A DNA stretch of 64,000 nucleotides from Bradymonadia bacterium (GCA_046290225.1 JBKAGE010000070.1:192001-256000), one strand, 5' to 3'; positions 1 through 8,616 are shown, numbered from the stretch's first letter. Program-made: numbers and translations. Notes: a model not told the origin generated them from the sequence alone.

Positions 1-1472
1 ATCCGCTCGGTGAAGAAGGCCTTCAGGCTCTCAAGATCGAGCAACGCATCAGGATCGACGAGGCCCTTGGGAAACCCGCTCGACCGGGCAAAGGCCTCGA
101 CGGCGTCTGTTGGCTGTAGTGTCTCCTGACCCAGGCGGGCCATCTGCTCGATGAGGCTCAGCCCCGATCCAGGCAAGCCGCCGATGTCACCGAAACGGGC
201 GAGCAAATCGAGCGCCCGGGCCAGGGCGGCCTCGGTGAAGGTGGTTTTGTGGGCCTTGGAGAGCACATCGGCCCGATGAGACAGGATCTTGTATGCCCCG
301 TCAGCGCTCAACGCAGGCAATGTCTGACGTCGCAGGGCCGCCATGAAGGCAGGGTCGAGCTGCTCCGCGAGCACCAGCGTGTCGGGAGTGCATTCCGCGA
401 GCACGGTGAGCTCACCGGATCGGATGAAGGGAGTGAGGCAGGCGGCGACGGTCATCCCCCCCTGACTGCCGGCCATCATCAACTCGAGGGGGTTGTCGAC
501 GTACAGCACGCCCAGACGGGACTGCACCGCCCGGATGACCTGCAGGCAACGCTCCTGCCACTCACCGAGGTATTGCATGCCAGCGACGATGCGGCTGCCG
601 GTGACGTGCCACACGGGCACCTCGGTGAGGGGCCCAGGTACGTTGAGATCACGGGCGATACGATGACACGCCTCGTGGATCACCGCGGTCTTGCCCGAGC
701 CTGATGGGCCCACGAGGACCATGCTCCGAGGCCGGCCGCCGCCGAGAGTGCCCAGCAGCTGATCTACAGCGTCGTCCCGCAGTTGGGCGCGGGGCAGTCG
801 ATCATGGCGGGCCTCTTCGGTGAGATCGATGCCCACCTCTGCCAGGGCCTGCTCGTCACTGCGACCCCAGAAGAAGCCAAAGGGAGAATCATCGCCCTCA
901 TCGTTGCCTTGCCGCGTGCCCTTCAGTCGGTTCTTGCGAGATCTCTTGCTGCCCCCCCGGAGCACCTTGCCGGAGAAGTTCACGTCGAGGGGCTCGATGC
1001 GCTCGCCCCGCTCGTACTGATAGCTGAGCAGCTCGTCCACGGGATCGAGGTGGAAGAAGTCCCGCACCACCTCCTCGGCCCAGGGCACGATGTTCTCGCG
1101 GCCCACGATGCGGAACTGAATGCCGAGGCGGGGCAACGAGATCTCGAAGGTCTCCGGAGCCCCGGGTGGCAGATCTTCTGGATCGATGGGGCGCTCGAGC
1201 ATGGTCAGCCGCATGGGCACGGTGATGAGGCGGCCCTGCTGCACCGCCCGCAGCTCCACCTCGAGAGCCCGGCGAACCAGCTTGGGGAACGCGAACACAC
1301 CGCGGGCGGCGATACGACCTTCGGCGAGCTCGTGGGAGAGCACCTCGGCGAGCTGGGCCTTCACGGCGTTGAGATCAGGGCCGAAGGCGGCGTACTCCCG
1401 GTGGGTGAGCACCACGGCGGTGAACCAGTCATTGCGGTGCTGCCGAATGAAGAGCTGAAACTGTTGCTGCAT
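1..1472 (-). CDS. Hsp100/ClpA-like AAA+ ATPase paralog C (3'-truncated by the window edge; absent from ORF track)
   Basis: Manual translation from ATG 1472 (TGATG overlap with upstream stop, GGGAGG RBS): MQQQFQLFIRQHRNDWFTAVVLTHREYAAFGPDLNAVKAQLAEVL...; Walker A VLVGPSGSGKT near 690-720; IVAGMQYLGEWQER; Walker B-like VLYVDN; LAECT; ends in the NBD1-NBD2 junction (ARSSGFPKGLVDPD...FFTER) at the edge. Colinear with the two upstream paralogs. Confidence 0.9.
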   Translation of the reverse strand, partial: MQQQFQLFIRQHRNDWFTAVVLTHREYAAFGPDLNAVKAQLAEVLSHELAEGRIAARGVFAFPKLVRRALEVELRAVQQGRLITVPMRLTMLERPIDPEDLPPGAPETFEISLPRLGIQFRIVGRENIVPWAEEVVRDFFHLDPVDELLSYQYERGERIEPLDVNFSGKVLRGGSKRSRKNRLKGTRQGNDEGDDSPFGFFWGRSDEQALAEVGIDLTEEARHDRLPRAQLRDDAVDQLLGTLGGGRPRSMVLVGPSGSGKTAVIHEACHRIARDLNVPGPLTEVPVWHVTGSRIVAGMQYLGEWQERCLQVIRAVQSRLGVLYVDNPLELMMAGSQGGMTVAACLTPFIRSGELTVLAECTPDTLVLAEQLDPAFMAALRRQTLPALSADGAYKILSHRADVLSKAHKTTFTEAALARALDLLARFGDIGGLPGSGLSLIEQMARLGQETLQPTDAVEAFARSSGFPKGLVDPDALLDLESLKAFFTER

Positions 1473-4400
1473 CACGCCCCCTCCCGGGCCAGGGCCCACA
1501 GCCTGCGCCGCACAATGCTGCTCAACGCGGCGGGCTCGCCCATCGGCTGACCGGTGAGCGGATCGACGGCGTCGGCGGTGTAGCGCCGACAGATGGACAG
1601 CCGCGGTCGCGGGTGCTCGCTCACGTCTTGCCCGGCCCGGCGCGCGTCCCGCCACGTATCCCACGCCGTGTCGAGGGCGTTGAGCTGTGTCGAGGCCTCG
1701 GGCCAGAAACACGCCATGGCATCGCCATCATGGATGGCGACGACCTCGACCCGGGCGAGGAAGATGTGCAGATCAGGCCCTGAGTATTTCAGCTGCACAT
1801 GAAAGCCGAGATCAGTGGCCATCACCTCGGCCATGCCCTTGCCTCGGACCCACAGGGCCGCTCCAGTGACCCCCTTGCGCTGATAGTTGTCGTGGCCACT
1901 CTGGAAGCGCTCACCATCACCTCGACCCCAACCCTTCCCTTCGACCTTGAGGCATCCCTGTACCGAAGTGGCGAGACCGGACCATGCATCTCGCAGCCCC
2001 TCGGCCACCTGCAGAGTCCACGCGGCGGACTGCGGATCTTCCGTGGCGGGGAGCAGCCGTACGAGGTAGCCCCGCTCCGCCTCGTCGGCGACGTCGATCT
2101 GCCACCGCAGCAGGCTGTGAGACAGCTCGAGCGCGTCTAGGGCCTGCAAGGCCCGCTCGAAGAGCAGGCGGTTGCGATCGACGGCCACGGGCATCTCGAT
2201 GTCCGCGGCGATGGGTTTGTTGTGGGTGGGGTTGTCGTTGCGCAACAGACGATTCGACAAGCCCCGATTCTGATCGTCGATGACGTTGACGAAGTCGTAG
2301 CGCGACAACCACGCCTCGGCGAAGTCGTCTACTTGCTGGGTCAGGTCACCGACCTCTCGCAGGCTGAAGCTCAGGCTCTCGAGCTCCGCGAGGGCCTCGA
2401 CGCTCAAGGCGGGCCCTTCCCCAGTCTCGGCGCGGTTGTACTGCTCGAGCAACGCGCCGCGGCGGGTGAGCTGTCGCTGATGCCATTCGTCGGCCCCGAT
2501 GGCGGCGACGAAGCCCACGAGCTGTTGATGACGCAGCTCGAGCTCGGGCCAGCGCTCGATGGTGTAGTCGGGCAACGCCTCTGCCTGGGGCTCGTCGAGG
2601 GCCCAGACTTCCATACCAATGGCCTCACCTTCGCGGTACAGCTCCACGAGGGTGGTGCGGTTCGAGGGCTGGGCCACCAGGTGAGCCGCAAGAGGTACCG
2701 TGAGACGCTGCTCGAGGGCTCGCTTGAGCGAGCGGGCGCCATAGCGAGGGTCGAAGCCCTGATCGATGAGCAGCTCGACGAGGGCGGGCTCCACGGTGAC
2801 CCTCACTCCGCTCCGGCGCAGGCCACGGCGGTTGATGATCTGCAGCAATGTGCGCTGCACCAGCGGGCCCATGTCGTCACGGTTGAGCGTACGAAAGGGC
2901 ACCACCCGGTCGATCCGGTTGAAGAACTCGGGGCGGAAGAAGCCCTCGGCGGCCTTGCGGTAGTGGATCGCCTCCTGAGCGACGCCGTCGCCGGGGGTGC
3001 TGAACCCCAATGGGCTCTGCGCACCTCGAACCCCGAGGTTGGAGGTCATGATCAAGATGGTGTTGCTGAAGTCGGTGGTGCGGCCCGCGGCGTTGGTGAG
3101 CCGGCCCTCGCCAAAGACCTGCAAGAAGGCGTCGAAGACCTGCGGGTGGGCCTTCTCGATCTCGTCGAAGAGCACCACGCTGAAGGGCTGCCGCGCCACC
3201 TGACGGGTGAGCTCGCCTTCGGGCTGCCAGCGATCACCAAACAGCCGCGACATGGCCATGGGGCTCTGGAACTCGCTCATGTCGAAACGCACGAGGCGGT
3301 CGCTGGTGCCGAAGAGGTACTCCGCGAGGGCTTTGGCAGTCTCGGTCTTGCCCACCCCCGTGGGCCCCACGAAGAGCAGGGTGGCCAGTGGGCGCTGAGG
3401 ATCATTGATGCCCTGTTGCATCAACGTGACCACCTCGGTGGCGGTGGTGCTCGCCGCCTGCTGTCCCACGATGCGCTCGCTGAAGTGGGCCTGCACCTCT
3501 CGGGCCTTGGGGGCCCGGCCCGCCCAGAGCACGAAGTCGGGCAGACCGGTCTCTCGAGCGTAGAAGCTCACCAGGGTCTTCTCTCCGAGCACCCGGCGGC
3601 CCCGCTCGTTCCTCGGGGCGAGCTTGCCATGATGGGCGCCGGCGAAGCGGGTCATCAAATCGACGGCCTTACCGGGGTGACACTGATGGGGGGCGAAGCG
3701 GCGGGTGAGGGCCAGCACCCCCTCGAGGACCTCGGGGGTGATGGTGATCGCCTGCTCGGCTTCGAGGTTGCGCACGGTGCCCACGAGCACACCGAGGGTG
3801 TCTCGCTCGTCCATGGGAGGCACCTGGATGATGTGCAACCGGGCGAAGAAGCCCGGGGCCTCCCGGCGGGTGGCCTCAAGGCGAGCGGGGGTGCACTCTC
3901 CGAGCAGCCGGATCTCCCCCTGGGCGAGGTGGGGCTCCAGGAAGCTGGCCACGTGGGTGTCGGACTTCGCCGAGCGCCCGGTGAAGACCAGGGTGGGCAG
4001 ATCATCCACGTACAAGATGTCCTGCCGGGCGGAGAGCTCGTGCACCATGGCCTGCACCCGAGCCTCCCAGGCCCCCACCACGCTCATGCCGGCGATGATG
4101 CGGTTGCCGTCTACAGCCCAGAGATCAGTTCGCTGCTCGATGGGCAGCTCGAGGGCGGCGAGGCGTCGGGCCACCTCGTGCACGATGGCGGTCTTCCCGC
4201 AGCCCCTGGGGCCCACGAGCAACACCCCACGGCCGGGGCGCTCGAGCTGCTCCATCACCTGCTGCACGATGGCGTCGCGGCCGAAGGCGCGGTTCAAACG
4301 GCCGTCTTTTGCCCGGTGGATCAGGTTGGCCCCCACGGTCTTGAGGGTCACCGGAGGCACGAGGCGCCGCTTCTCTTTGGGCTTGAGGGTCTTCTTCTTG

Positions 4401-4972
4401 CCCTTGGGGCCTTTCTTCTTGGGCTTTTTCTTCTTCTTTTTGAGCGGCGTCTCCGGGAGCACCGTGGGCAGCTCTGCCTCCACCTCGAGGATCTCGAGGT
4501 GGCTGGCCCCCTCCACCATGACGCTGTCGAGGTCGTAGAGATCGAGTCGATGGCGGGCGAGCCAGTCCATCAAGTGACGCTCGAGGGCCACCTTGAGGGT
4601 GGCGGTGCTCTCCACGGCGAAGGCGTCGAGGCCACCGCGCAGGTGCGGCACGCGGGCCACGTAGAGCGACTCTTTGGGCCACCGGGTGAGCACCACGTCG
4701 AACCAGCCCACCCACTCTTCGGGGCCATGCACGCGCTTGTCGGGGGTCAGGTGCACCTTCACCCGCCGCAGCTGGATGTCGGGGCACAAGGCATAACGCC
4801 ACATGCGGGCGGCGTCCTCCTGGGGCACCGTCTCCATCAGGTGCAGGGCCACGTCGTCGAGCAGCTCTGCGAGGCTGGTGCCCCGAAACACCCGAGTCGA
4901 GATGCCCGGCAGCCTGATCTCGGCCATCTCACGCTTGTCGATGGTGACCATCACCGGTACGGGCAGAATCAT
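1472..4972 (-). CDS. Hsp100/ClpA-like double AAA+ ATPase paralog B with HicB-like N-terminus and RF2-like C-terminal module
   Basis: NBD1 GPRGCGKT / YVDD; NBD2 GPTGVGKT, RFDMSEF, FDEIEKAHP, GRLT, MTSNLG, FRPEFFNRID, YGARSLKR; C-terminus QSAAW...GAALWVRGKGMAEVMATDLGFH...ICRRYTADAVDPLTG. ATGA overlap with paralog A. Confidence 0.93.
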   Translation of the reverse strand: MILPVPVMVTIDKREMAEIRLPGISTRVFRGTSLAELLDDVALHLMETVPQEDAARMWRYALCPDIQLRRVKVHLTPDKRVHGPEEWVGWFDVVLTRWPKESLYVARVPHLRGGLDAFAVESTATLKVALERHLMDWLARHRLDLYDLDSVMVEGASHLEILEVEAELPTVLPETPLKKKKKKPKKKGPKGKKKTLKPKEKRRLVPPVTLKTVGANLIHRAKDGRLNRAFGRDAIVQQVMEQLERPGRGVLLVGPRGCGKTAIVHEVARRLAALELPIEQRTDLWAVDGNRIIAGMSVVGAWEARVQAMVHELSARQDILYVDDLPTLVFTGRSAKSDTHVASFLEPHLAQGEIRLLGECTPARLEATRREAPGFFARLHIIQVPPMDERDTLGVLVGTVRNLEAEQAITITPEVLEGVLALTRRFAPHQCHPGKAVDLMTRFAGAHHGKLAPRNERGRRVLGEKTLVSFYARETGLPDFVLWAGRAPKAREVQAHFSERIVGQQAASTTATEVVTLMQQGINDPQRPLATLLFVGPTGVGKTETAKALAEYLFGTSDRLVRFDMSEFQSPMAMSRLFGDRWQPEGELTRQVARQPFSVVLFDEIEKAHPQVFDAFLQVFGEGRLTNAAGRTTDFSNTILIMTSNLGVRGAQSPLGFSTPGDGVAQEAIHYRKAAEGFFRPEFFNRIDRVVPFRTLNRDDMGPLVQRTLLQIINRRGLRRSGVRVTVEPALVELLIDQGFDPRYGARSLKRALEQRLTVPLAAHLVAQPSNRTTLVELYREGEAIGMEVWALDEPQAEALPDYTIERWPELELRHQQLVGFVAAIGADEWHQRQLTRRGALLEQYNRAETGEGPALSVEALAELESLSFSLREVGDLTQQVDDFAEAWLSRYDFVNVIDDQNRGLSNRLLRNDNPTHNKPIAADIEMPVAVDRNRLLFERALQALDALELSHSLLRWQIDVADEAERGYLVRLLPATEDPQSAAWTLQVAEGLRDAWSGLATSVQGCLKVEGKGWGRGDGERFQSGHDNYQRKGVTGAALWVRGKGMAEVMATDLGFHVQLKYSGPDLHIFLARVEVVAIHDGDAMACFWPEASTQLNALDTAWDTWRDARRAGQDVSEHPRPRLSICRRYTADAVDPLTGQPMGEPAALSSIVRRRLWALAREGA

Positions 4973-7900
4973 GCCTGACCCTCCTCATACTCGATGGTGG
5001 GCGCCTGTCGTTTGAAGAGCGGGTGAGCCCCATGGCCAAAGACCACCTCATAGACGGTGGCTTGCAAGGCCCGGTGCCACAAACGATGCAGCCGAGGCTC
5101 GTAGGCCTGCTGTAGATCGATGGCCACGTCGTCGATGATCCACCGCGCCTCGTTGATCACCCGCCGTCGCGCCGAAGGCCACAAGGTGTCGAGCCGCCGG
5201 TGCTCGATGATGCCCTTTTGATCGGTGTAGAGCACCTGGGCCCCAGCGGGCTTGCCATGATCGCGGATCCAGTCGTGGGCCCCAGTCTCAGCGCTGAGCA
5301 GACACACGTGGGGCCCGGTGATCTTGATGGCGATGGGGCGCCGACCGTCACCGTCGATCATGTGTTTGACCCATTGCTCCATCTGACGGTGCTGTTGCCG
5401 GGTGAGCTCGGCGTCGTCCACAGGGATCGAGGGGCCCTCGAAGCTCTTGGGGTGAGTCCAGATCAGTGGGGCCTTGTCTTTGCTCGCCTCGAGGGCCTCA
5501 GCCTCTTCTCGGGCGCGGATCTGCGCCTCGGTCTCGGCCTCTTCGCCCTGCTCTTCCCTGGCGTGCTCCTCAGCCTTCGCGCGCTTTTTGGCCTTGGCTT
5601 TCTGGCGTCGGGTGAGCTGTGGTGCCTCCTTTGGGGGCGTCCAGTGCGGATCGACGTCGAGCACGTAGCCCTTCAGCGTCCAGCCGAAACGCGCCGCCAG
5701 GCGCAGGTAGATGCCGAGCAGTTTGGCCACCAGCGGCCACTCCCCCTTGGCCCCTTTGAGATACAGCACCCCAGCCTCGGGGCTGTCGAAGCGACGGTCG
5801 TACAGGTCGAGCTCCAGGGCATCGAGCTGCTCAATGGTCTCTCTGAGCTCCGGTGCCAGCAGCGCCACCCCATCAGCGCGCCGATCGTAGAGCTGCTCGT
5901 AGGCGAGCTCTTCGAGGGCCTCAATGCGGCCAGTGAGCGTGTCGAACCCCGCGAGCACCACCCGATCGGGCTCGAGCCCCCTGGTCAAAGCGTTGGCCCG
6001 CTCGGTGTCAGTCCAGAAATGCTTCTCTTGTGAGAGGCGATCCATGAGCCGCAGGTGCCGACGGCGACTCTCGGCGAGGGGGCTCTTGCGCCACCGAAGC
6101 ACCTGATCTCGGATGATGCCGATCTCGCCGACGAGGCCCAACAGCGCCTTGCGCACGCCGGCCTCAGAAGCCGCCTTGCTGCTGTCAGCCCTGCTGAAGG
6201 CCAGGCGCTCGCTGTCTTCTTCGTCGATCTGCACCTGAATGAGCTGATGCTCCACGGCGCCCTGCTCGGAGAGGGTACGGGCCAGAGGCGCAGTGAGCCG
6301 CTGCTCGATGAGACGCTTGAGCGGTCGAGCGCCATAACGGGGCTCCACCCCACGCTCGGCGAGCCACTGCTTCACCGCCTCGGGCACGTCGATGACCACG
6401 CCACGCTGCCGCAGCCCCTCTCGCCGGGCGAGCTTCACCAGCTCTCGCTCGGTGATGCGATCGATGGCCGGCGCCTCAAGGGGGTTGAAGGGCACCACGT
6501 GATCGATGCGGTTGAACAGCTCGGGGCGGAAGAACCGCTCGGCCTCGCTGCGGAAGTGAGCCTCGAAGTTGGCCCGAGTGGCTTCGGCGCCGCCAAAGCC
6601 CAGCCCTCCCTTGAAGGTCTCCACTCCGAGGTTGCTGGTCATGATGACCACGGCGTTGCAGAAGCTCGCCGTACGCCCTGCGGCGTCGGTGAGGCGGGCC
6701 TCGCCGAGCAGCTGCAACAGCACATCGAAGACCGCAGGGTGAGCCTTCTCGATCTCGTCGAGCAACAGCACGCAGAAGGGCTGCTGCCTGATCTCGCTGA
6801 TGAGACGGCCTTCCTCGTCGCCGGCGCCGATGAACCGGTGCACGCTGCTCGGCGCGGCGAACTCGCTCATGTCAAAGCGCACCATGCGATCGTCGCTGCC
6901 GAACAGGCACTCCGCGAGGGCCTTAGCGGTCTCTGTCTTGCCCACACCTGTGGGGCCCACGAAGAGGAACGAGCCCAGAGGCTTGTTCAGATCGGAAAGC
7001 CCCGCCTTCATCACTGCCACGAGATCAGCCATGCGTCGCACAGCACCGCTCTGGCCGATGATGCGCTGCCGGAACAGCCGCAGAATCTCCTCGGTGTCGA
7101 GGGGCAAATCGTCGCGGATCAAGAACTCGGGCATGCCCGTCTCGACGCAGAACCGGGTCACCACCTCGCCACGGCCGAGAGTGACGGAGGGCAGCTCGAT
7201 CTTGCCCTCGGCGTCGGGCACCACCTCTGCAGCCCGGCGGCCGTCGGCCTCGTCCACGAGGCGCCTCAGGAAATGCAGCGCTGTACCCAGGGCGCTGGCG
7301 TCGCCACGGAACCGTGCACAGAGGCCTTCGATGGCCGAGAGCCCCGGGGCGCTCACGGTGATGTCGTAGTCACGGGCCAGCTCTGCGGCCACAGCTTCGA
7401 GGATCCGCCGCGCCGCAGCAGGCTCGGGCTCCTCGAGCTGCCACGGGGAAAACATGCGGGCGAAGCCGGCGTCGCGCAGCTCCAGCTTCGTCCAGGACTG
7501 TGGGGTGCACTCCCCCACGAGGGTGATGCGACCTCCGGCGAGGTGAGGCTTGAGCATCAGGGCCACGTTCTGATCGGAGTGGGCCGACCGCCCGGCATCG
7601 AGCAAAGCCAGCGGATCGCCCACGTACCAGATGACCTCGGCGTCGCTGCACTCTTGCAAGATGTCGAGGCACTGCTGCTGCCAGCCCCCGAACCCTCCTT
7701 CACCGGCAATGAGGCGGCTGGCGTCGACGAACCACACCGGACGCGTGCGGATCTTCGCAGGGGTCTTCTTACGCACGATGCGCTGTACGAGGGCGTTGAG
7801 CACCGCGGTCTTACCCACCCCTGAGGGGCCCACCACCACAACAGAGGTGCCCCCGGCGGCGGTGAGGCGGCGGAACAGGTCTTCCACCTCATCAGTACGG

Positions 7901-8616
7901 CCGTGGGCCTGCTCGAGGTGGCCATCCTTCGCCTGACGGCTCAGGTTCACGCCGATGCGCTTGAAGGTGGGCGTCGGCGGACGCTTCTTCTTGCCCTTCG
8001 GCGCGTCCGGATCTTTGTCCTCGTCTTCTTCGTCTTTGTCTTCATCAGGGGGCGCCGGCGCAGGGAGCATGGCCGCCCCACACAGCTTGCCTGTGAAGGC
8101 CATGGGCGAGGCCACCTCCACCTCGAGCTCGAGCAACTCGAGGCGTTCTTCCCCGAGCCAGCGCAGATCGAGCCGCTCACTTGGGGTCGCGTGGGACAAC
8201 GTGGACTTCATCATGTCTTCCACGGCGGCCTGCAGGACCTCTTCGCCTTCTTTGATCTTCGCCCGGGGCACCCACTGCCGTGTGCCCCACCGGATGGCCC
8301 ACAGCTGGAGATAACGTCGATCCCGAGAGGTGAGCACCGAGACCCGGGTGGTGTGATGCTCCAAGTCGTCCGCACCGTGGATCGGCAGCGCCTCGGGCAG
8401 CTCGACCGGCAACAGCTGCAAATCGGTGGGGGTGACGTAACGCCACAGACGCCCTGGGTGTGTGCGTTCGAGCCGGTCGGTGAGCATGAGCGCCAGCTCT
8501 TCACGGCCGGCGTCGATGTCGGGGGTATAGACACACAGCTCCGGCTCACCGACGACCTGCAGGGTGAAGCAGCCATTGGGGTGCTCGTGAACCAGGAGCT
8601 GGACGCTGAACTGCAC
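4969..8616 (-). CDS. Hsp100/ClpA-like double AAA+ ATPase paralog A with HicB-like N-terminus and RF2-like C-terminal module
   Basis: NBD1 GPSGVGKT / WYVGD; NBD2 GPTGVGKT, LDEIEKAHP, FRPELFNRID, YGARPLKR; C-terminus HFWTDTERANAL...IYLRLAARFGW...IAIKITGPHVCLLSAETGAH. Start set at GTG 8616 after GGAGG (ORF track start 8628). Confidence 0.93.
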   Translation of the reverse strand: MQFSVQLLVHEHPNGCFTLQVVGEPELCVYTPDIDAGREELALMLTDRLERTHPGRLWRYVTPTDLQLLPVELPEALPIHGADDLEHHTTRVSVLTSRDRRYLQLWAIRWGTRQWVPRAKIKEGEEVLQAAVEDMMKSTLSHATPSERLDLRWLGEERLELLELEVEVASPMAFTGKLCGAAMLPAPAPPDEDKDEEDEDKDPDAPKGKKKRPPTPTFKRIGVNLSRQAKDGHLEQAHGRTDEVEDLFRRLTAAGGTSVVVVGPSGVGKTAVLNALVQRIVRKKTPAKIRTRPVWFVDASRLIAGEGGFGGWQQQCLDILQECSDAEVIWYVGDPLALLDAGRSAHSDQNVALMLKPHLAGGRITLVGECTPQSWTKLELRDAGFARMFSPWQLEEPEPAAARRILEAVAAELARDYDITVSAPGLSAIEGLCARFRGDASALGTALHFLRRLVDEADGRRAAEVVPDAEGKIELPSVTLGRGEVVTRFCVETGMPEFLIRDDLPLDTEEILRLFRQRIIGQSGAVRRMADLVAVMKAGLSDLNKPLGSFLFVGPTGVGKTETAKALAECLFGSDDRMVRFDMSEFAAPSSVHRFIGAGDEEGRLISEIRQQPFCVLLLDEIEKAHPAVFDVLLQLLGEARLTDAAGRTASFCNAVVIMTSNLGVETFKGGLGFGGAEATRANFEAHFRSEAERFFRPELFNRIDHVVPFNPLEAPAIDRITERELVKLARREGLRQRGVVIDVPEAVKQWLAERGVEPRYGARPLKRLIEQRLTAPLARTLSEQGAVEHQLIQVQIDEEDSERLAFSRADSSKAASEAGVRKALLGLVGEIGIIRDQVLRWRKSPLAESRRRHLRLMDRLSQEKHFWTDTERANALTRGLEPDRVVLAGFDTLTGRIEALEELAYEQLYDRRADGVALLAPELRETIEQLDALELDLYDRRFDSPEAGVLYLKGAKGEWPLVAKLLGIYLRLAARFGWTLKGYVLDVDPHWTPPKEAPQLTRRQKAKAKKRAKAEEHAREEQGEEAETEAQIRAREEAEALEASKDKAPLIWTHPKSFEGPSIPVDDAELTRQQHRQMEQWVKHMIDGDGRRPIAIKITGPHVCLLSAETGAHDWIRDHGKPAGAQVLYTDQKGIIEHRRLDTLWPSARRRVINEARWIIDDVAIDLQQAYEPRLHRLWHRALQATVYEVVFGHGAHPLFKRQAPTIEYEEGQA

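Noticed and set aside
2222..4978. 918-aa plus-strand ORF and similar long antisense ORFs (6055-7824, 11413-13089, 48596-50395, 54940-56445, 58430-59968)
   Set aside because: Shadow ORFs opposite well-supported genes; expected from high-GC codon bias, with no motifs of their own.
4990..6080. A true prfB gene or pseudogene fused by accident
   Set aside because: No GGQ or SPF motif, the frame is continuous with the ATPase, and a parallel module exists in the neighbouring paralog.
1472..8616. Naming the ATPases clpA, clpB, clpC or clpV
   Set aside because: They lack the Clp N-domain, M-domain and GYVG loop, and no type VI secretion genes are present; a standard symbol would mislead.
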